DNA of 64,000 nucleotides from Nannocystales bacterium. Its GTDB lineage: Bacteria > Myxococcota_A > Polyangia > Nannocystales > Nannocystaceae. The notes beneath the pieces were generated by a model that was not told where the DNA came from, did not search any database, and was given only the letters and a program-made list of their open reading frames with translations. The position numbers and the translations under genes were made by a program. The stretch covers positions 250,588 through 314,587 of the forward strand of contig JBOEGF010000013.1 of NCBI GenBank assembly GCA_050633305.1, written 5' to 3'. Below are positions 40,479-51,051 of this stretch, one piece after another (within the stretch, counting starts at the first letter, position 1; the number at the start of each line of letters is the position of its first letter).

Positions 40479-41993
40479 ATGTCGACTCGAGCACTCACGT
40501 TTCCATGCGCCGTCCTCACGGGGCTTACCCTGTCCGCCTGTTTCACCCCGGGCTTGTCCGAGGCAGGAGACACTGAAGAAGCGACGTCATCGTCGACCAC
40601 GTCATCGATGACCTCTGGCCTGACGACCGGTGGTGAGACAGAGGACTCAACAACGAGCTCCGGTGCCGATCCGGATTCCAGCGATTCGTCGGGTCGCGGA
40701 AGCAGCGGAGAGACGACAGCCGCCGTATGCGGCGACGGAGTCGTCGGGGACGACGAAGCTTGCGACGACAGCGTCAACGACGGCGAGTACGGCGGCTGCA
40801 TGCCGGACTGCTCCGCGCTGGCGCCTCGATGCGGAGATGGTGAAGTCACAGGGCCCGAAGACTGCGACGACGCCGACGATGTGAACGGCAACGGCTGCAA
40901 TACCGACTGCGTCGTTTCCGGCTCCGAGCTGTGGACGGTCGAAGGTGCCCCTTCCGGGCTGTGTGGAGGGTTCAGCGGAGGGACCGCGGTCGACTCCGAG
41001 AACCAGATCCTCATTGCGAAGATGTCGGCCTGCGATGGCGAGCCCCTCGTCGCATGGCTCGGCAAATACGACGCAGGAGGAGGTCTTTCGTGGTCCCGCA
41101 CCTGGGGCACCGGCGATGCTGGAGCCCTCGGCGTCGCGGCTCGCGGAACAGAAAGTGTCGTCGTGGGACTCGACGGAACGCGGGCATTCTCGCGGACCTA
41201 CGATGCCGACGGTGACCTCATCAATGGGACCTTCACGGACCCCCCCGACGGCGAGGTCTCCCTCTTCTACGGCGCGGCAGCCTACGAAGATGGCTTCATC
41301 GCCGGGGGCACCGAGACCACCAACCAGGGCGCTTTCTTGCTTCAGGGTTTCTCCGCGAACGGCGACCTACTGTGGACCGCTCCGGACGAGGTGTCGGCCG
41401 GCGGCTGGCTGGACGTGGCGGTCGACGGTGCCGCAGAGGGGTTCGCGGTCGCCGGCTGGCGCGACAGCTCCGACCAACAGGACATGCTGATCCGCCGATA
41501 CTCCATCTCCGGCGATGAACAGTGGACAAGAAGTGTGGCCGGGGACGCGGGGACCCACGATCAGGCGGGCGGGGTCGCCTTCGACTTCGCCGGAAACATC
41601 ATCGTCTCCGGGACGATCGCCGGAGCTTCGCAGACACTCTGGGTCCGGAAGTATGGGCCCGATGGAAGCACGGTGTGGACACACACCAGTGATGGCGATG
41701 AGCCCGGCCCCGATCTGGCCGCCCGCGTTGCGGTGGACTCTTCCGGCGCGGTTGTCGTGGTGGGCTCGGTTCGAGTCCCGGACGAGGCCGGTCAGGACAC
41801 AGACATCTGGGTGCGCAAGCTGAGCCCAAGCGGGACGGTGTATTGGACAGCCACGCACGGAGGCACGGAAAACCTGGGCGACACCGGGTACTCCGTCGCA
41901 ATCGACGGAGATGACAACGTCATCGTCGCGGGAGGAGTGCGTGACGGGTCCAACTCTGCCGGGAACTTCTGGATGCGGAAATACGCGCCCTAG
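40479..41993 (+). CDS. Lipoprotein with myxobacterial Cys-rich repeats and beta-propeller (paralog of 18535-19923)
   Basis: Lipobox LSAC; CGDGVVGDDEACDD, CGDGEVTGPEDCDD; WVRKY repeats; ends FWMRKYAP. Confidence 0.85.
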   Translation: MSTRALTFPCAVLTGLTLSACFTPGLSEAGDTEEATSSSTTSSMTSGLTTGGETEDSTTSSGADPDSSDSSGRGSSGETTAAVCGDGVVGDDEACDDSVNDGEYGGCMPDCSALAPRCGDGEVTGPEDCDDADDVNGNGCNTDCVVSGSELWTVEGAPSGLCGGFSGGTAVDSENQILIAKMSACDGEPLVAWLGKYDAGGGLSWSRTWGTGDAGALGVAARGTESVVVGLDGTRAFSRTYDADGDLINGTFTDPPDGEVSLFYGAAAYEDGFIAGGTETTNQGAFLLQGFSANGDLLWTAPDEVSAGGWLDVAVDGAAEGFAVAGWRDSSDQQDMLIRRYSISGDEQWTRSVAGDAGTHDQAGGVAFDFAGNIIVSGTIAGASQTLWVRKYGPDGSTVWTHTSDGDEPGPDLAARVAVDSSGAVVVVGSVRVPDEAGQDTDIWVRKLSPSGTVYWTATHGGTENLGDTGYSVAIDGDDNVIVAGGVRDGSNSAGNFWMRKYAP

Positions 41994-42145
41994 CGAGGGT
42001 GTCCCTGCTGGAGCAAGGGAGCGGCTTGTCTTCGCGCCCGCTCCCTTCTCCTCCCGTGGTCCCGTCCTTCGGGCGCCGCCGAGCCAGTTTGGTTGTTCCC
42101 TAGACCGACGCGACGCTTTCGCACGTAAGATCGCCCCCGTCGTTC

Positions 42146-44458
42146 ATGGCTGCCTCCTGGACCTCTCTCGCCGCCGTCGGATGGTTGCTGCTGGCTGCCC
42201 CGCAGCCTTCCGCAGAACTGGATGGTGCGAGGTGGAGGAGCCTGCAGCGGGACCCCGAGCGCGATCCGGGTCCGCACGTGCTCGAGCGAGAGCTCCTCCT
42301 CGAGGTCGTTCCAGGAGGCGTGGAAGTCCGAGGTACGTGGAAGCTCTCGACCGAGCGAGCGGCCTGGTACGCGGACGTGCTCCTCGCCGCCGAGCGGTCG
42401 CACGTACGGAGCGTTCGGCTAGGGGGAAAGCCCGCGCGGACCTGGTCCTCGCCGGATGGCCTGGTCCTCGTTGAACGGATCGAACGGGACACGGTGCTCG
42501 AGTTGGTCGCATTTGTCCCGGGTTCGGTGGAGCGCGGTCTGGAGTTGACCCTGCTCGGAGCACCACGCGGCGCAGTCATGGTGGAGGGCAGCGACACCGC
42601 CCACGTCGTAGACCTCGAGGATCGGCCGGTCCTCCGCAACACCGGACGGTTCATGACCGGAACCGGACACTTGCGAGTCGAACCGAAAACCCCGGACACG
42701 TCGGCTTCCGAGGGCACAATCAGCGTCGCACACGTCGGCATCGGGCTCACGGTCGGAGACGGTGCGGTGGCAGGCCAGGCTCGGCTCCGCTGGGAGGTGC
42801 GTCGCGGCAAGCTGGAGTCTGTCAGCGTACGCGCCAGCGAGATCGGGGCAGACCTGCAGGTCGAGGGACCCAACGTGGCCGATTGGAAGCGCAACGGAGA
42901 CCGCGTCGAAGTGCAGCTCCGGCAACCTGCGGACAGCCGCGTCGACCTCCTGCTTTCGTGGACTGCAGCCGTCTCGAAGGACGCAGAGAGCACGTTGCAG
43001 GTGCCCACGATTGCTCCGCTGGACGTTTTTCGAACCGAGAGCGCCCTGCAACTGGCCCGCGACGGCGAAGTCGATGTCGTGCCACATGCATCCGGTTGGA
43101 CGACGATCGCGGCCGCGCAGCTCCCTCAGTGGAGTCGCGGCCTGGTCCAGGGTATGCCCACCGCCGCATTCCAGCGACCCGGGGCCGACGAGGGCGGCAC
43201 GCTCGATCTCGTTCGGTACGTCACCGTCCCAACCCCGCCGATGATGATCGAGGTCGCGGACATTCGAGTCGCCTCGTCGCGACAGGGGCGGTTCGTGATG
43301 CGAGCGCGTTACGAGGTCCTCAACGAACGCGCCGCCCACCTGGTCTTCCGACCTCCAGCCGGCACCCGGCTCACCGGGGTGACCGTCGCCGGACGTCCCG
43401 TGCGCCCAACCCGTAGCGGCGATGGCTACCGGATCCCTCTTCCACGGTCGGTCGAGACGGTCCAGGGGCTCTCAGTCGTGCCGGTTGTGGTGGGTCTTCG
43501 AGGCGAAGACACTCAGTGGAAACGTCGCGCACGGGGAAGCATCGGGATGCCGACGGTCGATGCCCCGATCGCGGTGCTCCGAGCGACCCACGGACTCCCT
43601 CCGCAATACACCTCGCGCCTTGAACCGGGCGAAGGCTCGGTCGTTGAGGACTTCTCCCGAGGCGATGGGGTGGCATACGGACTGGGGGACGACAGACGTG
43701 CCTCGCAGGCCGACCAGCTCTACGCGGACGCCCTCGACGCGTGGAACAGCAACGAGTTCAAGCAGGCCCGCGACAAGCTCGGTCAGCTGGACGAACTGGG
43801 GGCGGGCAATGAGAGCACCAGGGGCCTCGAGTCGAATGTCGACCTGGTCCTCGGCCCAAGCGTCGAACAGAACGTCACCAACACGGCTGTGTCCGGAGAC
43901 CTCCAGTCGGCGGACACACCTATCGTGTCTCAACCCGAGCCTGCACCCTCCCCCCTCGCCGACTCCAAGGCGGTCCGGCGTATCAAAGCTCAGGTCCGCG
44001 CGCGGTCGCAAAAGGAGAGAAGGCGCTTCCGCAGCCGGAAGAAGAAGGCCAAGAATCTTCAAGAGGCCGGGCGCTACGACGAGGCTGAGGAAGAGTACGA
44101 GAAGGCCCTGGAAGAGGCCAAGGACCTGGACCGCTTGGAGGACGACGAGTCACGCTCGTACGACTTCGAAGCCGAGGAGATCGAGGACGAGCTGGAGACG
44201 ACGCGGAGTCAGAAGAAGTCTCGCGAGTCGCTGGAACAGGCTGAGTACGACATGCTCAGCGATGGCTACCGCCTCTTCGCCGGGACCGACGCTCCTGCAG
44301 TCGAGACCCGCGAGCCTCTACCCGCACCGATCGTTCCCATCGTGATCCCCGACGCGGGGGCGACGGTTCGATACGAATTTTCACTCCTCGAACCCGGGGC
44401 TTCCCGACGTATCGAGTTCGACGCACGACACCGAATCGAAAGACGACGACGACGATGA
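42146..44458 (+). CDS. Large secreted hypothetical protein (paralog of the downstream gene) with charged helical insertion
   Basis: Signal peptide, beta-rich body, GRFVMRARYEVLN, YRIPLPRS, MPTVDAPI; Glu/Lys-rich TPR-like segment near the C-terminus. Confidence 0.8.
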   Translation: MAASWTSLAAVGWLLLAAPQPSAELDGARWRSLQRDPERDPGPHVLERELLLEVVPGGVEVRGTWKLSTERAAWYADVLLAAERSHVRSVRLGGKPARTWSSPDGLVLVERIERDTVLELVAFVPGSVERGLELTLLGAPRGAVMVEGSDTAHVVDLEDRPVLRNTGRFMTGTGHLRVEPKTPDTSASEGTISVAHVGIGLTVGDGAVAGQARLRWEVRRGKLESVSVRASEIGADLQVEGPNVADWKRNGDRVEVQLRQPADSRVDLLLSWTAAVSKDAESTLQVPTIAPLDVFRTESALQLARDGEVDVVPHASGWTTIAAAQLPQWSRGLVQGMPTAAFQRPGADEGGTLDLVRYVTVPTPPMMIEVADIRVASSRQGRFVMRARYEVLNERAAHLVFRPPAGTRLTGVTVAGRPVRPTRSGDGYRIPLPRSVETVQGLSVVPVVVGLRGEDTQWKRRARGSIGMPTVDAPIAVLRATHGLPPQYTSRLEPGEGSVVEDFSRGDGVAYGLGDDRRASQADQLYADALDAWNSNEFKQARDKLGQLDELGAGNESTRGLESNVDLVLGPSVEQNVTNTAVSGDLQSADTPIVSQPEPAPSPLADSKAVRRIKAQVRARSQKERRRFRSRKKKAKNLQEAGRYDEAEEEYEKALEEAKDLDRLEDDESRSYDFEAEEIEDELETTRSQKKSRESLEQAEYDMLSDGYRLFAGTDAPAVETREPLPAPIVPIVIPDAGATVRYEFSLLEPGASRRIEFDARHRIERRRRR

Positions 44459-46302
44459 AACGCCTCTGCCTTGCCCTGGCCACCTCCCTCGCCGCGCTCA
44501 TCCCCTCCATCGCGGACGCCGAGGAGCCCGAACGCGTCATCCTTCAACTCGACGAGTTTCTCGACATGTACGAGAAGGCCAAGGACAAGACCGACGAAGC
44601 GCCGCCTCGAGACCACACCGTCTCGTCCGCCAAGTACGACGGCGAAGTGTTGTTCGAAGACGGAAAGCCCTACGCAGCCCGCTTCAAGTCGAAGTTCAAG
44701 GTCCGCGTCCTCGCCAGGAAAGGCTGGGCGAGAGTCCCTCTGCTCCCCGCAACGGTCGCCATCGAGTCCGCGAAGATGGGGGGCTCCGAAGCACCGATCG
44801 TGATCGAGAACGGCTTCTACACCTTGGTGACCGACAAGCGCGGAGACTTTGACGTCGACATCGTGTTCGGGGCCGCGGTGCAGACCTCCGAGGGATCGAG
44901 CCGCGTCGATTTTCAGCTGGTTCCCTCGGGTGCCACCACCGCGAAGCTCTCCGTCCCCACGAAGGAGGACCTCGATTTCACGGTCGCCAACGCCAAGCTC
45001 GAGTCCGACAGCGTGGTGGGTGAGAAACGTGTCGTCGAAGCCACGCTTCCCGCCACGGGGACGTTGACGATCCGATGGCAACGCGAGGTCCCCGAAACCG
45101 AGAAGAAAGCCGCGCGGGTCTACACCGAGGTCTACACCCTGATGAGTGTCAGCGAGGGACTCGTCCGTGCGACCACCAACGTCCAAAACACCATCCTCTT
45201 CGCAGGCGTGAACGAGTTCGTCTACAAGGTACCCAAGGGCATGACCGTGCTCGATGTGCAGGGCGCGGGCATCCGCGATTGGAAGGCGGGAACCGATGGC
45301 AAGCTCAACGTGCTGCTCAACTTCGAAGCCGAAGGAACGTATGCGCTGAGCGTTCGCATGGAGCGTGCGCAGACCAAGTCCGCTGCCGCCGAAGTGCCAG
45401 TCCTCGTCCCCGTCGGGAGCGAACGCACCAAAGGCTGGCTGGGAGTCGAATCCGCGGGGTCTTTGGAGATCGAAGAAGAGACCGTCAAAGACGCCACGGC
45501 GGTCGACGTTCGCTCCCTGCCCGCGTCGATTCTCGGTCTCACCGGACAACCCGTGCTGTTCGGGTACAAGTACCTGGGCAGCAAGCCAAGCATCGCTCTC
45601 AACGTGGCCTCCCATGACGAGGTCGAGGTCCTGGTGACGCTGATCGATCAGACCGTTGCCCGCACCATGTGGACACGAGAGGGCCGACGGCTGACCTCGG
45701 TCAACTACCAGGTTCGCAACAACCGTAGGCAGTTCCTGAGATTGAACCTCCCGCCGGGCGCCGAGTTGTGGTCTGCATCCGTCGCAGGGAAAGCCGTTCA
45801 ACCCGTCAAGGGAGCCGACGACCAGGTGATGATCCCGCTCGTCCGGTCCCAGCAAGCGGGCCAGAACCTCTCAGCCTTCGACGTGAGCGCCGTCTACGTC
45901 GAATCCGGAGCACCGACCGCGAGCAACGGACGGGGGACATTCAAAGCGAGCCTGCCCGCGGTCGATGTGCCGAGCACATACGTGGCCTGGACGATTCACT
46001 CGCCCGAGAAGGCCAAGGTCAAGCGACGGAGCTACGGCGGTTCACTCGACAACGTGGAATACCCCAGTTACCCGATCCCAAGCACCGGGTCCGTCGACAT
46101 GATGCGCCAGGGAGGAGATTTCGGGGCCGCTGTACAAGCCCCTGCCGACGCCCCAACACTCGGCGGTTCCGCCGTGGGAGGAGGCGCCGCTCCAGTGATG
46201 GTGACCCTTCCGCTGCAGGGCAAAGAGACGTACTTCGAAAAGCTGCTCGCGCTGGACGAAGTATTGGAGGTCAGCTTCGACTTTCGAGGTCTACGGCGCT
46301 AG
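44455..46302 (+). CDS. Large secreted hypothetical protein
   Basis: Signal peptide (IADA/EE), GRRLTSVNYQVRN, VMIPLVRS, LPAVDVPS; ATGA overlap; strongly GC3-biased codons. Confidence 0.85.
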   Translation: MKRLCLALATSLAALIPSIADAEEPERVILQLDEFLDMYEKAKDKTDEAPPRDHTVSSAKYDGEVLFEDGKPYAARFKSKFKVRVLARKGWARVPLLPATVAIESAKMGGSEAPIVIENGFYTLVTDKRGDFDVDIVFGAAVQTSEGSSRVDFQLVPSGATTAKLSVPTKEDLDFTVANAKLESDSVVGEKRVVEATLPATGTLTIRWQREVPETEKKAARVYTEVYTLMSVSEGLVRATTNVQNTILFAGVNEFVYKVPKGMTVLDVQGAGIRDWKAGTDGKLNVLLNFEAEGTYALSVRMERAQTKSAAAEVPVLVPVGSERTKGWLGVESAGSLEIEEETVKDATAVDVRSLPASILGLTGQPVLFGYKYLGSKPSIALNVASHDEVEVLVTLIDQTVARTMWTREGRRLTSVNYQVRNNRRQFLRLNLPPGAELWSASVAGKAVQPVKGADDQVMIPLVRSQQAGQNLSAFDVSAVYVESGAPTASNGRGTFKASLPAVDVPSTYVAWTIHSPEKAKVKRRSYGGSLDNVEYPSYPIPSTGSVDMMRQGGDFGAAVQAPADAPTLGGSAVGGGAAPVMVTLPLQGKETYFEKLLALDEVLEVSFDFRGLRR

Positions 46303-46358
46303 CGGAAACGCGCGTTGCTCGGCCACGGCGACGTCCGTACCATGCGCAACAGCCGAAC

Positions 46359-48044
46359 ATGAACGACTCCGCGTGCGCACGACACCTCCCCGTCCTTCTC
46401 GCCCTTTGCGTCGGAATCACCGCCTGCGGTGACGACTCGGGGTCCGCCGACACGGACCCCTCCACGGGGGCGACCGGCGCGACGACCAGCGGGGCGACAG
46501 ACACTCAGGAGACCACCACCGTCGCGACCCAGCCCACACAGGCTTCTGACGAGAGCGGCGCGACGGTGAGCACCACGGGCAACACGACCGTGGGCGATAC
46601 GGACGCGGACGACACAGGGACCGATACTGCCCCCGACGTTCCCATGGAGTTCGTCGTGCAGCTGCAGGCCCAAGGCGGGGTGCGCGGGGAACAACGCGTC
46701 AACTTTGCGGTGCCCTTGGTGCAGGGCCAACTCTTCGACGCCGACCAAGTCACCCTCCACAACGGGGGCGAGGCGCTCGCTGTAGGTCTTCGCGGTCTGT
46801 CCGCCTACCCGGACGGAAGCCTGCGTAGCGTCCAGATTCAGCTCGACATCGATGTCGGTGAGGGCCTCTCGCTCGACGTTTCCATCGGAGACCCCGAAGG
46901 CGTGAGCACGGTTGACCTCGTGCCCGTCGCAGACACGCTCGTGGTCGAAGACGGCACCGAGGGTCCCCGTGTTTGGGCCCTGCTGCCCGCCGACTGGCTC
47001 TCGGCCAGCGGCGTTGCCGGCCCGCTCTTGCCCATGAGCGAGTTCAGCGAGGCGGCGATGGCCGCATGGGGCGGTGTCTGCGACTACCAGAGCCACAACA
47101 CGGAGTCGTTCCTTCCCCAGTCCGACGCCCGTGGACCGTGGTTGTATGACCGCGGCACCGTCATGGCCCGCGGATACGCGGTCACCGGATCGCTGGAGCC
47201 CTTGCGTTCGGCGTACCGAGAATCTTCGCTCTACCGCAGCACGCTAACCGGATCCGGCGCGGACACCAGCATCGGTGTCCCTGATGCCAGTGAGGACTTG
47301 AAGTACCACTACGTCCAGAACCTGGCGATTCACTACCTGCTCACGGGAGATGAGCGATTCGCCGAGGGTGCACAGAACGTCGCCTCGAGGGCCGCCGCGT
47401 TGTGGACCTCCCCCGGATACGCGGGTGGTGCTGACTTCTGGACCGAGCGGCACGCCGGTTTCGCCCTCCTTGCATATGTCTGGGCCGCGACCGTCACCGA
47501 CGATCCCGAGCCGTTCCTCGTGCTCGCCGACGAAGCCGTCACGGCGTACATCGACGTGCAAGAGACCTACCCGGAGGGCTTCATCGAAGCCGAGGCTCGA
47601 TGTTTCGCACACCATGCCGATGCACACGGGGAGGGCTACGGCTACTTCGGTTGCAGCCCATGGATGAGCGCGATCCTGGCAGATGGTCTGCAGGCCTACG
47701 TCACGGAGCGACCCGGTCCAGACGCGGACCTGGCCCGTGAGGCCATCGTGAAACTCGGGCGGTCCATCGCCCAGTCCGGCCTCGACACCAACGGCAAGCC
47801 CTACTACTGGATGGGCGTGGGTACGGACAGCGATGAGGTCGATTCCTACAACGAGCACTGGGGGGAGCCCGCGTATGTCGTCGCGATGGCGGCCCACTAC
47901 GCCGAGGACAACGCCGCCGACCTCTTTGCGACCGCGGATGCCCTAACGCAGGGCATGGCCGACAACGGCACTGCCCCACACATCCGAAGCTTCAACTGGC
48001 AGTGCCGCTCGGCCATCGCGACACCGTTTTTCATGGCGCGTTGA
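46359..48044 (+). CDS. Lipoprotein with RIFT-barrel-like domain and helical toroid (polysaccharide lyase/YetA-like)
   Basis: Lipobox ITAC, Thr linker, FAVPLVQG...YPDGSLRS, aromatic-rich helical C-terminal domain (WLYDR, KYHY, WTER). Confidence 0.6.
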   Translation: MNDSACARHLPVLLALCVGITACGDDSGSADTDPSTGATGATTSGATDTQETTTVATQPTQASDESGATVSTTGNTTVGDTDADDTGTDTAPDVPMEFVVQLQAQGGVRGEQRVNFAVPLVQGQLFDADQVTLHNGGEALAVGLRGLSAYPDGSLRSVQIQLDIDVGEGLSLDVSIGDPEGVSTVDLVPVADTLVVEDGTEGPRVWALLPADWLSASGVAGPLLPMSEFSEAAMAAWGGVCDYQSHNTESFLPQSDARGPWLYDRGTVMARGYAVTGSLEPLRSAYRESSLYRSTLTGSGADTSIGVPDASEDLKYHYVQNLAIHYLLTGDERFAEGAQNVASRAAALWTSPGYAGGADFWTERHAGFALLAYVWAATVTDDPEPFLVLADEAVTAYIDVQETYPEGFIEAEARCFAHHADAHGEGYGYFGCSPWMSAILADGLQAYVTERPGPDADLAREAIVKLGRSIAQSGLDTNGKPYYWMGVGTDSDEVDSYNEHWGEPAYVVAMAAHYAEDNAADLFATADALTQGMADNGTAPHIRSFNWQCRSAIATPFFMAR

Positions 48045-48280
48045 CAAGTTGCGGAGAGACACGCTCCGTGGGCGGTCACCAGCTCCTCTCGTGCCGGTGG
48101 GCGCGGCTCGATACCGCCCGCAAGACCCGCAACGGCAGCGCTAGGGGAGTCGGCGAGGAGTGAGGTCGAAAACGCCCTCGCGCTTCACGTTCTCCAAACC
48201 GGGCCCTCGCTCAGGCCCGCGCGTGAAAGGTCCGGGTCAAGACAGCACGTTTCGACTGAGGCTGTTAGGGTTTCGTCTGC

Positions 48281-50989
48281 GTGCCGAGCCGGGCGATCGA
48301 GCATGGCCTGCGATGGTGGGCCACCGTTGTCATTTCGATGGTCGGGTGTGGAGACCGCACCGAGCCTGAACCCACTTCGGTCGTACAGGTCGCACAGGGC
48401 GCCCTCATCGGTTGTCTGGATCTCACCCAAGAGCGTGCGTGCGTGTTCGAGCCGGGTCGCCCGCTGACGGTCTGGGCGAAGCTCGACCCCGCCGGAGCCC
48501 AACTCTTGGCCGACGGCGCGAAGCTGGATGCCTCCGCCACAGCGGTCGGGGGCGGCGTCCGGTGGAAGATCGAACCAGAACAGTCATGGCGCACGCTCAG
48601 GGCCGCAGGAACGTCCAGTCGGGTGGACTTTGCCCTGGTCCACCGCAGCCCACCTGCGGCCGAGCTGGAGCACGTCCGTTCGTTGCGCGACGCGGGCCAA
48701 CTCGCGCAAGCGCAGGCCGACCTGGCGAGAGCGTTGCCGACACTCCCAAGGCACGTGCGCATCGAGGCGTTCGAGCTCGGCGGCGACATTGCGTTTCTCC
48801 GAGGCGAGATCAAGTCCGCAATCGATGCGTACAGCTCCGGGGCGCATCTGGCCGCTGAGCAGTCACGAATCCGAAAGGCCAGCACGATGGCCCAGCGCAT
48901 CGCTTACGCATGCACGGCTCTGGAGCCCGACGAATCTTGCGCGCGAACGTGGCTCGACAAGGACGCGGCGTGGGTCGATGAAGATCCCGAGCAGGCCGTT
49001 CTTCACGACTACTACCGGGCGCTCTTCGATACTCGAATCGGCGATCGACGGTCTGCGCAGCGAGGATTCGCATCGGTCATCGAACGGTCGGACGCGATGG
49101 ACTTGCAGTCGGTGCAAGTCGGCGCGCTGGTCGAAGCCATGCTGCTCGTGGCTGCGGTTGGGAACTGGAAGGTCGCGCTGCGACACCAAGCCCAGGCCGA
49201 AGCGCTCGCGAAAACGCTTCCGGCCGCGATGCAGGCCCAGCTACAGAACGCGATCGGATGGATGCTTCTCCTCGCCCGTGCCCGCGGTCGCTCCGAGCTA
49301 CCCAGTCCCACCCCCGCATTCGAGCGCGCCCTTCACCTCACCGCCCAGGACGACGCTCTCTCCAGGCGCCTACGCGCCACGCTGCGACTCAACCTGGCCT
49401 ACGACGCCTTGCTCGACGACGACGTCGACCGAGTACAGCGCTGGCTGGCCGCGGTTGATAGCAACGCCCTCCTGCACGTAGATGAACGCATGTGGGCTGC
49501 GCTGCTGAGGGCGCGTGTCAACGTTCGCCTGGGGCACCTCGATGACGCGCGAGAGGCCTTCGCCGCGCTGGCAGCCGAGGCCACCGCAAGCCGAGAGTCG
49601 GAGCTTGCCTGGCACGCCCATGTGGGAACCGCCGAGGTCTTCGCGCTGCAGGGCCGCACGGAGGAAGCCATCGCCAGTCACGAACAGGCGGCGACCATCC
49701 TCACGCGTCAGCTGCCCCGGATCGCGTTGGGGGCAGGCCGGTCGCACTACCTCGCCGAACGCTCCCGCGGGACCCAGAGGCACATCGAGCTGCTGCTCGA
49801 CACTCACCGGGTCAACGACGCCCTTTGTGTCATGCGCAGGGCGAGAACGCGAAACCTGCGAGTCCTCGCGCAGAACATCAACGCGGGTGAGGCCGCGGCC
49901 TCGGCACTGCGATCCTACCGGGAAGGCCGAACCCGGCTCGAGCGTGACCTCGAGGCGGCCTGGATGCTCCCCGCCGACCAGGCCGAGGCCCGGTTCGCCC
50001 AGCTCCACGCCGCCCGCCTTCAGCTGCACCAGAGCCTGGATGAGGATGTGTTCGCGGCAGCCCCAGAGTCGGGCCGAACGTGCGAGGGATTCCCACAACC
50101 CCGTCGCGGCGAGGTTTCCGTGTACTACGTCGAACTCGAGAAGGAGTGGGTCGGCTTCTCGCGGCGCGACAACGAAACGAATGTACGGCGGTTGGGTCCA
50201 CAACCGGCGTCCGCGTCCCCGCAGGCACTGAGCGACTGGCTGCTCGGGCCGTTCGCCGACGGACTCTCTGGAGTGGAGGGCCTCCGCGTCGTCGCGTCGG
50301 GTTCTCTGCACGCGGTTCGGTTCGCGACGCTCCCCGACCCTGCCTTTCCCGAGAAAGAGCTCGGCCAGCGACTCGCCATCACGTACGGGCTCGACGTACC
50401 GATCGTCCAGCGCGCCTCCACCCCGAGGCAAGAACGGCGAATGCTCGTCGTGGCTCCGCCCAGCAACCTCGACGCTGCCCAGGCGGAGCGAGACGCCGTT
50501 GTCGCGGCGGCCGGGGACGGACGTGTGAAGCTACAACTGCTCAATGGTCACGACGCGACTGGAGACGCTGTCCGAAGCGCCCTGACGACCGTCGACCTCG
50601 CGCACTTCATCGGACACGCGGCCTCGGAGGATGAAGGGTGGACCGGGCAGTTTCGGCTCGCCCGCGGTGACGTCTTGGAGGTCGAGGATGTGCTCGCGCT
50701 CGAAGCCGTCCCGCAGACCCTCGTGCTCGCCGGATGTGAGACGGGACGGGTGGACTCCATCGCACTCGCCGGTGGCATGAGCCTGGCCCACGCGTTCATG
50801 CTCGCCGGGGCCGATACGGTGGTCGCGGCCAGCACCCAGATCCCTGACCTCGCCACCGCCGCGCTGGCACGTCCATTCTACGTGGCTCTTCGAGATCGAG
50901 GCTCGGTGGCGCACGCCTTGGGAAGCGCGGAAGCGACCGTGCGAGCCTCCGGCCTTGCTCCTCCAGCGTTGCGGGTGTGGGTGCGTTAA
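48281..50989 (+). CDS. TPR-CHAT (caspase-like) protease with lipoprotein-like N-terminus
   Basis: VVISMVGC lipobox-like, helical repeats, HFIGHA (His at 50615), VLAGCETG (Cys at 50735), SLAHAFMLAGA. Confidence 0.9.
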   Translation: MPSRAIEHGLRWWATVVISMVGCGDRTEPEPTSVVQVAQGALIGCLDLTQERACVFEPGRPLTVWAKLDPAGAQLLADGAKLDASATAVGGGVRWKIEPEQSWRTLRAAGTSSRVDFALVHRSPPAAELEHVRSLRDAGQLAQAQADLARALPTLPRHVRIEAFELGGDIAFLRGEIKSAIDAYSSGAHLAAEQSRIRKASTMAQRIAYACTALEPDESCARTWLDKDAAWVDEDPEQAVLHDYYRALFDTRIGDRRSAQRGFASVIERSDAMDLQSVQVGALVEAMLLVAAVGNWKVALRHQAQAEALAKTLPAAMQAQLQNAIGWMLLLARARGRSELPSPTPAFERALHLTAQDDALSRRLRATLRLNLAYDALLDDDVDRVQRWLAAVDSNALLHVDERMWAALLRARVNVRLGHLDDAREAFAALAAEATASRESELAWHAHVGTAEVFALQGRTEEAIASHEQAATILTRQLPRIALGAGRSHYLAERSRGTQRHIELLLDTHRVNDALCVMRRARTRNLRVLAQNINAGEAAASALRSYREGRTRLERDLEAAWMLPADQAEARFAQLHAARLQLHQSLDEDVFAAAPESGRTCEGFPQPRRGEVSVYYVELEKEWVGFSRRDNETNVRRLGPQPASASPQALSDWLLGPFADGLSGVEGLRVVASGSLHAVRFATLPDPAFPEKELGQRLAITYGLDVPIVQRASTPRQERRMLVVAPPSNLDAAQAERDAVVAAAGDGRVKLQLLNGHDATGDAVRSALTTVDLAHFIGHAASEDEGWTGQFRLARGDVLEVEDVLALEAVPQTLVLAGCETGRVDSIALAGGMSLAHAFMLAGADTVVAASTQIPDLATAALARPFYVALRDRGSVAHALGSAEATVRASGLAPPALRVWVR

Positions 50990-51051
50990 TTCTTTTTTTC
51001 TCGCGTCAGATCTTTCGGGCTCAGTGTAGAAGGCGTCGCATGGTGCGGCGT

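Noticed and set aside
45768..46358. Long N-terminal extensions from the ORF track (also upstream of 3230, 36928, 39336 and 18535)
   Set aside because: They overlap neighbouring genes or promoter regions; downstream starts give signal peptides, RBSs or coupling overlaps.
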